Source: Myxococcota bacterium
GTDB taxonomy: Bacteria; Myxococcota_A; UBA9160; SZUA-336
Assembly: GCA_965247115.1 (NCBI GenBank)
Contig: CBDFGR010000002.1
Span: 224,001 to 288,000, forward strand
DNA length: 64,000 nt
Direction of reading: 5' to 3'
In this document: positions 1 to 11,822 of the stretch, in pieces
Layout: each line of letters begins with the position of its first letter
Position numbering within the stretch: the stretch's first letter is position 1
Notes under the pieces: model-generated
Seen by the model: the letters and a program-made list of their open reading frames with translations, nothing else
Told to the model about the DNA's origin: nothing
The model's database searches: none
Translations under genes and position numbers: made by a program

Positions 1-2147
1 TAGCTCGTCACGCCCGGCATCTCGTGGAAGGTGGGACTCTTGTACTCGAGCATCGTCGGATGCCGGTGCACGAGCGCCTCCGACAGGCGCGGCGTCAGGC
101 GCCGAAACGCCTGCTCCTCCATGAGGGCCTCTCCGAGTCCCATGTAGACGCTGCCCTCGATCTGGCCCAGCACCAGCACGGGGTTGATGGCCGTACCAAC
201 GTCGTGAGCGATCCAGACGTGCTCGACCCGATACTGACCGGTGGACGGTTCGACCTCGACCTCGATCACGGCGGCGGAGTACGAGTAGGTTGGGGAGGGT
301 CCGACACCAGAGCCGCGATAGCGTCCCGGCGCGCGAGGCGGTGTGTAGGAGCCCGGTGTCGCCAGCGTGCCGTAGCGCGTCTCCGCCGCAACGACCGCAT
401 GCGCGAAGCTCATACCCCGCTCGGGGTCCGCGCTGTCGAAGACCCGGCCAGCGGCAAAGACCAGGCGCTCTGCAGGAACCTCCAGCTCCTCGGCGACGGC
501 CAGGGCCAGCTGCTCGCGCGCACGCTCCGCAGCCTCGAGTGCGGCGTTCCCCGCCATGAGCGTCACGCGCGAGGAGTAGCTGCCGAGGTCGACCGGTGTC
601 AGCCCCGTGTCCGCGCCGAAGACCCGCACGTCCGCGAGCTCGACGCCCAGCACCTCGGCGACGATCGCGGCCATCACGCTATCGCTGCCCTGCCCGATCT
701 CCGTCTGCCCACACAGGATCGCAACGCTCCCGCTGCGGTCGAGCTGAACGACCGCGCCCGATTGCGGCATGTGGTTCCAGTTGATGGGAAGTCCCGCTCC
801 GGTCAGGTAGGAGCTGCAGGCCAGACCCAGGCCGCGTCCCTCCGGCAGCTTGCCGTAGCGCTCTCGCCAGCCGCTGCCCGACACGACGGCCTCGATGGCG
901 CGGCCCAATCCGACCGTACCGAGCTGCAGCCAGTTCGCCGTCACCGAATCGGGGCTCACCAGGTTCTGCAGACGCAGGTCCGCGGGATCCATGCCGAGCC
1001 GTTCCGCAGCCTTATCGAGCTGGATCTCCAGCGCAAATCGCGGCTGCGGCGTGCCGTGACCGCGCTTGGGCCCGCACGGCGGCTTGTTCGTGAAGGCGCG
1101 AATCCCATCAAAACGATAGCGGGGCAGTTCGTACGTCACCGTCTGCAACGCCCCGGTGTACAGCAGGCTAGCGGCGCCGTAGCTGCCGTAGGCCCCACCA
1201 TCGAGGGCAGACTCCAGATGCTGTCCCGTCATGGACCCGTCGCTGCGAAAGCCGGTCTTGATGCGCATCTGGACCGGATGCCGTCCCCGATGACAGTAGA
1301 AGACCTCTTCGCGATTGAGCGCACACTTGACCGGGCGACCGAGATCGAGTGCAAGCTTCGCCACGATGATCTCGTGCTGAAACGGATCCGTCTTCCCTCC
1401 GAAGCCTCCGCCCGAGGGGGCGGCAATCACCCGGATCCGCGCGGGCGGCAAGTCGAGCACCGCCGCCAGGGCGACGTGGACGTAGTGAGGAACCTGCGTA
1501 GAGGCGTAGACCGTGATGCGGTCGTCCCCGTCGGGAAGGGCGACGGCTGCATGCTGCTCGAGGGGCAGGTGCGTGCTGCCGTCGTAGAAGAACAGATCCT
1601 CGAGGATCAGGTCCGCCTCGTCGAAGCCCGCCTCGACATCGCCAAACGATAGCGACGCGGAACGGTGTATGTTTCCCTCGACACCGTAGTCCTGGATACG
1701 GGGCTCGGGAGTCGCGAGTGCGTTTTCCACGCTCGAGATCGTCGTGAGAGCCTCGTACTCGACATCGACTGCCAGGGCCGCAGCCTGCGCCTGCTCTTCG
1801 GTGAGCGCCGCCACCGCGGCCACGGGCTCGCCAACGTGACGGACCCGATCGACCGCGAGGGCGGTCTCGTCTCGCGAGACGGGCATGATGCCGTAGCGAT
1901 TGGGCAGGTCCTTTCCGGTGATTACCGCGAGCACGCCGGGCATGGCCTCCGCCTGCGAGCATTCAACGGAAACGATGCGAGCGTGCGGAACGGTGCTCCG
2001 GGTGAGCGACGCGTGGACCATACGGGGAAAGACCAGGTCGTCGGCGTAACGGGTCTCGCCGGTGACCTTGGCGCGCGCGTCGATGCGGCGAAACGGAGTC
2101 CCGATCACGCTTCGGCCGCCGCGAGCGGTGCCCATCCGGTCAGCCAC
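1..2147 (-). CDS. hcrA: Xanthine dehydrogenase-family Mo-binding large subunit, probably 4-hydroxybenzoyl-CoA reductase alpha subunit (3'-truncated by window edge)
   Basis: Minus frame reads MGTARGGRSVIGTPFRRIDARAKVTGETRYADDL from ATG 2135 (or GTG 2147) and LEYKSPTFHEMPGV at the window start. Absent from the ORF track because it runs off the edge. Next to a 2Fe-2S subunit and benzoate genes. Confidence 0.75.
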   Translation of the reverse strand, partial: MADRMGTARGGRSVIGTPFRRIDARAKVTGETRYADDLVFPRMVHASLTRSTVPHARIVSVECSQAEAMPGVLAVITGKDLPNRYGIMPVSRDETALAVDRVRHVGEPVAAVAALTEEQAQAAALAVDVEYEALTTISSVENALATPEPRIQDYGVEGNIHRSASLSFGDVEAGFDEADLILEDLFFYDGSTHLPLEQHAAVALPDGDDRITVYASTQVPHYVHVALAAVLDLPPARIRVIAAPSGGGFGGKTDPFQHEIIVAKLALDLGRPVKCALNREEVFYCHRGRHPVQMRIKTGFRSDGSMTGQHLESALDGGAYGSYGAASLLYTGALQTVTYELPRYRFDGIRAFTNKPPCGPKRGHGTPQPRFALEIQLDKAAERLGMDPADLRLQNLVSPDSVTANWLQLGTVGLGRAIEAVVSGSGWRERYGKLPEGRGLGLACSSYLTGAGLPINWNHMPQSGAVVQLDRSGSVAILCGQTEIGQGSDSVMAAIVAEVLGVELADVRVFGADTGLTPVDLGSYSSRVTLMAGNAALEAAERAREQLALAVAEELEVPAERLVFAAGRVFDSADPERGMSFAHAVVAAETRYGTLATPGSYTPPRAPGRYRGSGVGPSPTYSYSAAVIEVEVEPSTGQYRVEHVWIAHDVGTAINPVLVLGQIEGSVYMGLGEALMEEQAFRRLTPRLSEALVHRHPTMLEYKSPTFHEMPGVTS

Positions 2148-2682
2148 CCGGTGTCTTCGGTGGGAACGATGCCCCGAAGAACGCTTCCCGCGGGGGCTCT
2201 TTCGATTCCCCCCGCAGCAGCGCTCCCGCCCACTCCACGGCCTGAACGATCCGCCCGTAGCCCGTACAGCGACACAGATTTCCGCCAAGAGCTTCGCTGA
2301 TCTCGGCCTCGCTCGGAGACGCATTCGCAGCGAGCAGGGCCTTCGCCGTCATCAACATCCCCGGCGTACAGTACCCACACTGTGCAGCGCCCAGATCGGC
2401 GAACGCGGCCTGCAGCGGATGCAGCTCAGGCCCGCTCTGGAGACCCTCCACCGTCTCGATCGAGCGTCCCTCTAGCTCAGCGGTCAGCACGAGACAGGAG
2501 AACACGCTCTTCCCGTCCAGCAGTACCGCGCAAGCGCCACACTCGCCAAGCTCGCAGCCGTGCTTGGTACCGGTCAGACCGCACTCTTCGCGCAGCACCT
2601 CGAGCAGCGTGTGGTGGGTGGGGAACGCCAACGTTCGTTCCTGGCCGTTGATTCGCAACGTCGCGATCGTCGTGTCACCCAA
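2140..2682 (-). CDS. hcrC: (2Fe-2S)-binding small subunit (HcrC/CoxS family)
   Basis: GTKHGCELGECGAC, AQCGYCTPG and GNLCRCTGY motifs; likely TTG start at 2682 after GGAGGG. Confidence 0.8.
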   Translation of the reverse strand: MGDTTIATLRINGQERTLAFPTHHTLLEVLREECGLTGTKHGCELGECGACAVLLDGKSVFSCLVLTAELEGRSIETVEGLQSGPELHPLQAAFADLGAAQCGYCTPGMLMTAKALLAANASPSEAEISEALGGNLCRCTGYGRIVQAVEWAGALLRGESKEPPREAFFGASFPPKTPGG

Positions 2683-2786
2683 CTCGGTCGCCCTCCGCGA
2701 ACGGCAGCGCAGCCCAGAATGGTAGCACGGGCTCATTGGACCGCCCCCGGTGCGAGATCTTCGGCCGACAGTTAGAATCGTCGCCG

Positions 2787-4316
2787 ATGGGTTCGCTGAT
2801 CCCGTCCGAGGAAGCTCCGTACAACGCGGGCGCGGCGTTGCTGGAACGAGCTGCGGCTGGCGGCTCGAGGCCGCTCTTGCGCTGCGAAGCTCGCAACTGC
2901 AGCGGCGACGAGCTGGTCGCCCGAACGCTCGCGGTGCAGCGAGAACTCGAGGCGGCCGGGCTGCTTGCCGGGGACCGCGTGCTGCTTTCGGTTCGCGACA
3001 CGCCGGCGTTCTACGCGATGTTTCTCGGGGCGATGCGGGGCGGGCTCATCCCGATCCCGGTCTCGACGCTCCTTCCGCCAAAGGATCTGGCCTTCATTGC
3101 ACACGATGCCGAGGTGCGCGCGGTCGTACTGGACGCTGCGCTGCCCTCGGCCTCGCGGGAGGCCGAGCTGTATCCGCGCGGTGTGGAGCTCCGGCGCGTC
3201 GATGGCTGGGAGATCGAGGGAGTAGAGCCAGGGCACGCGGCTCCGGCGCCCGCCGAGACTCGGGCGGCGGACCCCGCGTTCTGGCTCTATACCTCAGGCA
3301 CGACCGGCGAGCCCAAGGGCGTCATCCACCGCCATGTCGACTTGCCCTTTACGGCGCAGACGTACGGGCGCGAGGTTCTGGAGATCGGTCCGGCCGATCG
3401 GATCTTCTCCGCGCCAAAGCTGTTCTTCGCGTTCGGCCTCGGCAACGCCCTGACCTTCCCGCTCTTCCTCGGCGCGCAGACCGTGCTCCACCCCGAGCGC
3501 CCGCAGCCGGAGTCCGTGTTCGCGCTGCTCCAGAGCGAAGAGCCCACGGTGTTCTTCGGTGTGCCAACGTTGTTTGCCGCGCTGCTCGCCCACCCAGATC
3601 TGCCTGAGTCGCTCGGTCCGCTGCGCATGTGCGTCTCGGCCGGCGAGGCCCTCGCCCCCGCCCTGTACGAGCGCTGGTTGGAACGCTTTGGAGTAGAGAT
3701 CATCGATACGCTCGGAACCACCGAGATGCTCCACGGCTTCATCTCCAACCGACCGGGAGCGGTGCGGCCGGGCTCTAGCGGCGTCGCCGTTCCCGGAATG
3801 GAGCTGCGAATCGTGGATGAGGCAGGCACGGACGTCCCACGGGGCGAGGTCGGTACCCTGCTCGTCAAGGGAGCGAGCGCGGCGCGCGCGTACCACAACA
3901 GACCAGAGCAAACGGCGCGCACCATGCTCCCCGGTGGCTGGCTTCGAACCGGTGACAGCTACCGGCAAGACGACGATGGCTTCTATTACTACATGGGACG
4001 GGGCGACGACCTGATCAAGGTGAGCGGTCAGTTCGTCTCCCCGATCGAGGTCGAGGCGACGCTCATCGCCCACCCCCGTGTGGTCGAGGCCGCCGTGGTC
4101 GGACAGGCGGACGAGTACGGCTTGCTCAAGCCCAAGGCCTTCGTGGTGCTGAACGATGCCGCGGCAAGCGACGCAGTCGCCGCAGAGCTCCAGGCCTTCG
4201 TCAAGTCGCGCATCGCGCCGCACAAGTATCCGCGCTGGATCGAGTTCGTCGACGCGCTCCCGAAGACGGCGACAGGAAAGATCCAGCGCTTCTTGCTGCG
4301 CAAGGAGTCCACATGA
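2787..4316 (+). CDS. Benzoate-CoA ligase family protein
   Basis: FWLYTSGTTGEPKG AMP-binding motif, KLFFAFGLGN, RTGD, LPKTATGKIQRF; upstream of boxCB. Confidence 0.9.
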   Translation: MGSLIPSEEAPYNAGAALLERAAAGGSRPLLRCEARNCSGDELVARTLAVQRELEAAGLLAGDRVLLSVRDTPAFYAMFLGAMRGGLIPIPVSTLLPPKDLAFIAHDAEVRAVVLDAALPSASREAELYPRGVELRRVDGWEIEGVEPGHAAPAPAETRAADPAFWLYTSGTTGEPKGVIHRHVDLPFTAQTYGREVLEIGPADRIFSAPKLFFAFGLGNALTFPLFLGAQTVLHPERPQPESVFALLQSEEPTVFFGVPTLFAALLAHPDLPESLGPLRMCVSAGEALAPALYERWLERFGVEIIDTLGTTEMLHGFISNRPGAVRPGSSGVAVPGMELRIVDEAGTDVPRGEVGTLLVKGASAARAYHNRPEQTARTMLPGGWLRTGDSYRQDDDGFYYYMGRGDDLIKVSGQFVSPIEVEATLIAHPRVVEAAVVGQADEYGLLKPKAFVVLNDAAASDAVAAELQAFVKSRIAPHKYPRWIEFVDALPKTATGKIQRFLLRKEST

Positions 4317-5923
4317 CCGACCCCGGCGCCCCCGCCAGCTTCGACACGTCGCCCGAGCGCTATCGCCACTGGCAGCTATCGATCGCCGGGCGTGTCGCAC
4401 GCCTGGCCCTGGCGGTCGACGAGTCGGCAGCACTGATGGACGAGGCCCTCCTCAAGCTGAACAGCTACGACCTGGGCGTCGACGTAGAGCTCAGAGACGC
4501 GGTACGTCGGCTGCGCCTGGAGCACCCCGAGGTGGCCTGCGTTGTGATCGAGAGTGCGCTCCCCGACATCTTCTGCGCGGGCGCGAACATAGCCACGCTA
4601 GCTGGCTTCTCGCACCCGCTGAAAGTGAACTTCTGCAAGCTGACCAACGAGACACGCCTGGCGCTTGAGGACGCGACCGCTGCGGGCCAGACCTACGTAG
4701 CTGCGCTGCGAGGTACGGCCAGCGGTGGCGGGTACGAGCTTGCGCTCGCCTGCGCGCGCATCCTGCTCGTGGACGATCGTCGCTCGGCCGTCAGCCTCCC
4801 GGAGCTGCCACTTCTCGGCGTGCTGCCAGGAACGGGGGGCGTCACCCGCCTGGTCGACAAGCGAGGCGTGCGCCGCGACGTTGCGGACCAGTTCTGCACG
4901 CTCGAGGAGGGCGTACGGGCGCCGCGGGCGCTCGAGTGGAACCTGGTGGACGCAATCGCACCGCCGAGCGGGTTCGACGCGCTGCTCGCGGACGAGATCT
5001 CCCGCATCCTCGCCGCAGCGGGTCCGGCACCCAGCGCCGAGCCTGTCGCCATGGGTCCGATCGAGCCCGAGCTCGAGGAAGCCACGCTCTGCTATACACA
5101 TGTCAGGGTCGACCTGGACCCCGAGAGCCGCACCGCGCGCATCCGGGTCGGGGTTCCCGAAGCCGCGAGCGGCGACGCGCTCACCGCAGCCGTGCGCCTG
5201 GCTCGCGAGCTCGACGACGCCTGCCTGCGTTTGCGCTTCCACTACCCCGAGCTTGGCGTGTGGCTGTTGTACACGGTGGGCGAGGCCGACGACGCGAGGG
5301 CGCTCGATGCCGCGCTCAGCGGGGAAAGCTGGCTGGCGGACCAGGCGCGCGCGTTGCTGGCTCAGGTCTTCAAACGCGTCGAGAACTCGGCGCGCAGCTG
5401 CTTCGCGCTGATCGAGCCCGGCTCTTGCTTCGTCGGCACCTTCTTCGAGCTCGCGCTACTGGCCGATCGCAGCTACATGCTCGATGGCGACGATGACCTG
5501 GCGATCGAGCTCAGCCCGACGAACGGCGGTGCGTTTCCGATGGCGAACGGCAGGACGCGCCTCGAGACGCGCTTCCACGGAGACCCGAAAGCCCGCGACA
5601 GAGCTCTGGCAACCAGCGGACCGATCACTGCGGGCCAGGCACTCGGCCTCGGGCTGCTGTCGGTGGCGCTGGACGACATTGATTACGCGGACGAGGTACG
5701 GATCGCGATCGAGGAGCGCGCCAGCTTCTCTCCGGACGCACTGACCGGACTGGAGGCGAACCTGCGTCTCCCCGGTCCGGAGACGCTGGAGACGAAAATC
5801 TTCGGACGTCTCTCCGCCTGGCAGAACTGGATCTTCCAACGGCCAAACGCCACGGGTCCCGAGGGTGCGCTGCGGAGCTTCGGCCAGCCTCGGCGACCCA
5901 AGTTCGATTGGAGGCGAACGTAG
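4313..5923 (+). CDS. boxC: 2,3-epoxybenzoyl-CoA dihydrolase BoxC
   Basis: KLNSYDLGVDVEL, FCKLTNETR, ETKIFGRLSAWQNWIFQRPNA; ATGA overlap with the ligase. Confidence 0.93.
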   Translation: MTDPGAPASFDTSPERYRHWQLSIAGRVARLALAVDESAALMDEALLKLNSYDLGVDVELRDAVRRLRLEHPEVACVVIESALPDIFCAGANIATLAGFSHPLKVNFCKLTNETRLALEDATAAGQTYVAALRGTASGGGYELALACARILLVDDRRSAVSLPELPLLGVLPGTGGVTRLVDKRGVRRDVADQFCTLEEGVRAPRALEWNLVDAIAPPSGFDALLADEISRILAAAGPAPSAEPVAMGPIEPELEEATLCYTHVRVDLDPESRTARIRVGVPEAASGDALTAAVRLARELDDACLRLRFHYPELGVWLLYTVGEADDARALDAALSGESWLADQARALLAQVFKRVENSARSCFALIEPGSCFVGTFFELALLADRSYMLDGDDDLAIELSPTNGGAFPMANGRTRLETRFHGDPKARDRALATSGPITAGQALGLGLLSVALDDIDYADEVRIAIEERASFSPDALTGLEANLRLPGPETLETKIFGRLSAWQNWIFQRPNATGPEGALRSFGQPRRPKFDWRRT

Positions 5924-5997
5924 AGAGAACATGGCCGTGCCGCGCCGCTACGCGCTATCCTGACCACGCTTGAGCGCCCCCACGTATGGGAAGACAC

Positions 5998-7413
<1,416 letters not shown>

Positions 7414-8466
7414 GGGCGAGCACGCTCCGTAGGGTCTCCGTGTCGATGTTCCCACCGGTCAGGATCATCGCCACGCGCTGTCCCTGCAGTCGCTCGCGGA
7501 GCAGGTCGAGCCCGGCCAGTCCCGCCGCGCCGGCGGCTTCCGCCAGGTTGTGCGTGTAGCGCAAGAGCTCGCGAATCGCCTTGGCCAGCGCGTCTTCGCT
7601 CACCGTCACGAAATCGTCGACTTCGCGCCAGATGAGCTCGAGCGTCAGCTCGGCCGGCACGCGCGTGGCGAGGCCGTCGGCGATCGTGTCGGCGGAGTCG
7701 GTGGTGACGACGCGCTTCTCTCGCCACGAGAGGTAGATCGAGGCAGCGCGCTCGGCCTGGACGCCGATCACTCGGGTCTCCGGGCTCAGCACCCCGCGGA
7801 CGACGCACGTCCCGCAGATGCCGGAGCCGAGCCCGACGGGCACGATCACGGCATCGAGACCGGGGACGTCCTCGAAGAGCTCCAGCGCGTACGTGCCCAC
7901 ACCGGCGATCAGCAGCGGCTCGTTCGCGGAGTGCACGTAACGCAGACTCTGCTCCCGGGCAAGCTCCTCCACGTGCAGGCGAGCCTCGTCGAAGTCCACG
8001 CCGTGCTCGATCAGCTCCGCGCCCCAGGCGCGCATCGCCTCGTTCTTCTCGGGATTGTTGCCGTGCGGTACCACGAGGACGGCCCGCGCATCGAATAGCC
8101 GCGCCGCGTATGCGAGCGAGAGACCGTGGTTGCCGCGCGTTGCCGAGATGACGCCTCGGACCCGTTCCTCCGCGGAGAGCGACGCGAGCAGGTTGATGCC
8201 GCCGCGAACCTTGAACGCCCCCACGGGCTGGTGGTTCTCGTGCTTGATGAAGAGCTCGCACCCCAGCCGTTCGGAGAGCGCCGGGTACGAGAACACCGGG
8301 GTCCGAGGCAAGTGGCGCATCACGATCTCCCGCGCGCGCAGCACGTCGTCGTAGCTCGGTCCTTCCACGGAGACCGGCCAGCGTACACACAATCGCGACC
8401 AGCGTCGACTTGGCCGCTTCGACCAGCCGGTGATACGATCGCGTGCAAGAGGGGGCTGGCGCGGCG

Positions 8467-9717
8467 ATGCCGGAGCACTCGAACGTTCTGGTCGTAGGCG
8501 GAGGCGTCATCGGTGTCTGCACGGCGTACTCCCTCGCCGAGCGCGGCGTGAACGTGCGCCTGGTCGAGCGCGGCCAGATCTGCTCGGGCTGCTCGCACGG
8601 CAACGCGGGCTTGATCGCCCCGAGCCACAGTGTGCCCCTACCCGCGCCGGGCGTGATCGGCCACGCCCTCGACTGGCTTACGGACCCAGCGAGTCCGTTC
8701 TACATCAAGCCTCGGCCAAGCACGGAGCTAGCTCGCTGGCTCTGGCGCTTCCGCGCGGCCTGCACCAGACCGACCATGCTCGAGAGCACCCGGTTGCGCC
8801 GCGAGCTCAGCCTGGCGAGCCGTGAGCGATACGCGAAGCTCGCTTCACTTCCCGGACTCACCTTCGGCTACCAGCAGCACGGGGTCCTGCTGGCCTTCCG
8901 AACGCCGGCGGGACTCAGCGAGGCCCTGCTGGAGCTCCCGATCCTTGCAGACCTCGGAGGGCGCTGGGAACGACTGTCGGCCCAACAGCTGGTGGAGCGG
9001 GTGCCCCTACTCAGCACGGATCTTGCCGGCGGCGTCTATCTGCCGGACGACGCCCACATCACGCCGGGAGACTTCGTTCGCGGGCTGGCCGGCGAGGCGA
9101 GCCGGCTCGGCGCCGCGATCCACACGGAGACCGAGGTTCTGGAGATCGACCCGCAACGCGGCGGCCCCACGCGAGTCTCGACCACGCGTGGGGAGTTTCA
9201 GTGTGACGAGCTGGTGCTCGCCGCGGGAGCCTGGTGCCCTACCCTGGCGCGCCCGCTCCAGCTGCGGCTCCCGGTGCAACCAGCAAAGGGCTACAGCATC
9301 GGCCTGCCGCGTCCCGCCGAGTTCGGCGAGCATCCAGTGATGCTCGGCGAGGCACGGGTTGCCGTGACGCCGATGGGACACCAGCTGCGCCTCGCGGGGA
9401 CGCTCGAGCTCGCGGGACTGGACTTGCGCGTAAATGGACGACGCGTGCGTTCGATCGAACGGGCAACCCGCGCCTTCCTGCCAGGCCTGCCCCCTTCCGA
9501 GCCGATGGAGATCTGGCGAGGGTTGCGCCCGCTTACACCGGACGATCTGCCCATCATCGGGCGACCGGCTGGGAGAGCCGGCCTTGTGCTGGCCACCGGG
9601 CACGGCATGATGGGCATGTCGCAGGGTCCCATCACCGGAGAGCTGGTTGCGCAGCTGGTCAGCGGCGAGCCGCCCGCCATCGACGTGAAACCGTTCTCGC
9701 CCGACCGCTTCGCGTGA
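8467..9717 (+). CDS. D-amino acid dehydrogenase (FAD-dependent, DadA family)
   Basis: VVGGGVIG, SHGNAG, AKGYS, WRGLRPLTPDDLPIIG, ATGHGMMG. Confidence 0.88.
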   Translation: MPEHSNVLVVGGGVIGVCTAYSLAERGVNVRLVERGQICSGCSHGNAGLIAPSHSVPLPAPGVIGHALDWLTDPASPFYIKPRPSTELARWLWRFRAACTRPTMLESTRLRRELSLASRERYAKLASLPGLTFGYQQHGVLLAFRTPAGLSEALLELPILADLGGRWERLSAQQLVERVPLLSTDLAGGVYLPDDAHITPGDFVRGLAGEASRLGAAIHTETEVLEIDPQRGGPTRVSTTRGEFQCDELVLAAGAWCPTLARPLQLRLPVQPAKGYSIGLPRPAEFGEHPVMLGEARVAVTPMGHQLRLAGTLELAGLDLRVNGRRVRSIERATRAFLPGLPPSEPMEIWRGLRPLTPDDLPIIGRPAGRAGLVLATGHGMMGMSQGPITGELVAQLVSGEPPAIDVKPFSPDRFA

Positions 9718-9753
9718 GCCCGCCCCCCGGCCCGAACGCCGCCTACCCGTCTG

Positions 9754-11304
9754 TCAGCTAGCGGGGAGCCCGGTCGCGCGGGCGTGGATCTCGCGCACGG
9801 CCTCGATACTGTCGGCCTCAGCGGGACCCTTGTCCGTGCGGTAGCGCTTGACGCGCGCAAAGCGCAGGGCGAGACCGCCGGGATAGTGGGGACTGGACTG
9901 AACGTCGTTGAAGGCGATCTCCACCACGAGCTCGGGCTTCGCGTACACCGTGCGACCATCGCGTGCGGCCTCCAGCGCGAGCAGCCTCTCGGTCTGCCAG
10001 CGGAGGAGCTCATCGGTCAGACCCTTGAAGGTCTTGCCGAGCATCACGAAGCCACCGCTCGCGGGGTCGCGCGCGCCGAGGTGCAGGTTGCTGAGCCAGC
10101 CGCGCCGGCGCCCGCTGCCCCACTCCGCTGCAAGAACGACGAGGTCCAACGTGTGCGCGGTCTTGAGCTTGAGCCAGGTCTGCCCCCGTCCCCCGGCCTC
10201 ATAGGGTGCTTCGGGTGACTTGGCCATGAGGCCCTCGTGCCCCCGCTCGAGGGCCTCGAGCCAGAACGCCTCTGCGGGTCCGCGCCGGGCTGTAACCAGA
10301 CGCGGCACGCGTTGCGTGTCGGGAACCACAGACGCGAGCGCCGCTACGCGCTCGCGTGCGATCCGATCCACGAGGCTCTCGCCACCCAGATAGAGGCAAT
10401 CGAAGTAAAAACAGGAGATCGGCAGCTCCTGCCGCAGCTGCTCTACGTTCTGCCTGCGACCGAAGCGACGCATCGTCGTCTGGAACGGCAGGGGCGCTCC
10501 CTCGGCACCGAGTGCAATCGCCTCGCCGTCCAGGATCAGCTCGCGAACGGGCAGGGCCCGGGCCGCCTCGACGATCTCCGGCACGGCTTCGGTCACCTCG
10601 TTCTGCTTCCGGGAGTAGACGCGGATCTCTTCCGCACACTTGTGCACCTGGATGCGTGCCCCATCGAGCTTGAACTAGAGGCCCGCTTCCTCCATCCGCG
10701 TGAACACACTGTCGAAGCCGTCCGCCGGCTGGGCAAGCATGGGAAGCACCGGGCGGAAGAGCTGGATCGAGAAGGGCGCCAACCCAGCGCTGCCCGCAGC
10801 GAGAGCCGCCCGGGCCACTTCGACGAGGTCTCCAGAGAGCATTGCGGCCCGCCGCACTTCGCCCGAGTCGACGGCGGCGGCTGCAGCAATGGCCTCGACC
10901 ATGAGTCCCTCGGAGGCGCCCTGTCGCAGCTCACCCCCGAGGAGTCGCAGAAGGAACTCCTGCTCGGCCGCGCTCGCTCCCGCGAGCAGCTGCCCGAGCT
11001 GACGCGTGCGTTCGCGTACCGACCCGGCGCCCCGGATTCCCGCCAGACGGTCGAGCGCTGCGTGGACCGACCGCAGCTCGAGCGTTGGCAGCGACGCCGC
11101 GTCGATGTGCGCGGCCTCCCGGAGCGCCGCCCAGCCAACACCGAGCTTGCCCCGAGGCAGTGCTCCGCTCAGATAGGCGACACCGGTTCCGAGCTCGTGA
11201 GACCCGAGGCGGCGCAGACACTCCGCGAGCAGTCCGATCTTCTGCTTGCGCGAGCGGGTCCGGCGCAACGCATCCGACGTCTCGACGATCGTGCTAAGAC
11301 GCAC
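9754..11304 (-). pseudogene. ATP-dependent DNA ligase (LigB-like) interrupted by an in-frame TAG at 10675-10677
   Basis: ORFs 10675-11304 and 9754-10647 are in one frame; the junction reads PMLAQ...EAGL*FKLDGARIQVHK (motif I ExKxDG with the E codon replaced by TAG); ILDGE, EGLMAK, WLKLK, LRFAR follow. Confidence 0.85.
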
Positions 11305-11391
11305 GCGTCTCGCCTGCCGTCGGGGGATTCCCGAGCTCGCCCGGGGTGTTCCCCTCTTCCAGCGAGAGCCGCTGGCTCGCGCCGGGCGCCT
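11294..11391 (-). pseudogene. Detached original 3' end of yihY (32 codons + TAG)
   Basis: Joining 55375 to 11402 through the att core continues the yihY frame as EAPGASQRLSLEEGNTPGELGNPPTAGETRAS*, overlapping the ligase GTG start. Confidence 0.8.
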
Positions 11392-11402
11392 CGGATTCGG
11401 AG
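11392..11402. repeat. Left attachment core CGGATTCGGAG
   Basis: Identical to 55365-55375; marks the host/phage boundary. Confidence 0.9.
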
Positions 11403-11483
11403 CGTGAACGATACTCCCGAGAGGGGCTCTACGCGGCGCTTAGAGCGTGACGATGGGGAATCAGGGTCCCCCAGAGACCCCCG

Positions 11484-11507
11484 AACGTCCACTTTAACGT
11501 CCACTTT
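11484..11507. promoter_or_regulatory. Putative integrase arm-type sites (AACGTCCACTTT x2)
   Basis: Perfect tandem 12-mer about 80 bp inside the left core; AACGTCCAC recurs at 55243-55251 inside the right core. Confidence 0.65.
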
Positions 11508-11588
11508 GGACGACAACGATGAGCAGCTAGCAGAACCAGAGCCCAACGGCGATCGGGAGGAGGAATGAGCAACTCCACCTGGACCGAT

Positions 11589-11822
11589 TCGCCCAACGTC
11601 TGCGCACGAGTACCTGTTCCTGCTGGCCAAGTCTCGCCGCTACTACTACGACGCAGAGGCGATCAAAGAGCCAGCCGTCACCGCCAGCCGTGTGTCTCCC
11701 CGCCCGGTCAACCCAAAGGCCAAGGTTCTAGCTGGTTGGGACACGCGATCAGGTTCCCACCGTCACCTCACAGGGCGCTATCCGGTGAGCGAATCAAGAC
11801 GCCCGTAGGGATGGGGTGGTGA
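11589..11822 (+). pseudogene. Internally deleted duplicate fragment of the MTase gene at 14895-15887
   Basis: 11589-11785 matches 15371-15567 (196/197); 11787-11822 matches 15852-15887 (32/36). Confidence 0.85.

Noticed and set aside
24..2300. Long plus-strand ORFs 24-1652 and 1665-2300 (and similar long antisense ORFs such as 33741-35354)
   Set aside because: Antisense shadows of real genes in GC-rich DNA; no motifs.
10675..10677. Amber recoding or pyrrolysine in the ligase
   Set aside because: TAG terminates many neighbouring genes (boxC, boxB, MCP) and no pyl or suppressor genes are seen.
10237..11568. 443-aa plus-strand ORF as a gene
   Set aside because: Mostly antisense to the ligase; only 11403-11568 is meaningful, as the detached integrase tail.
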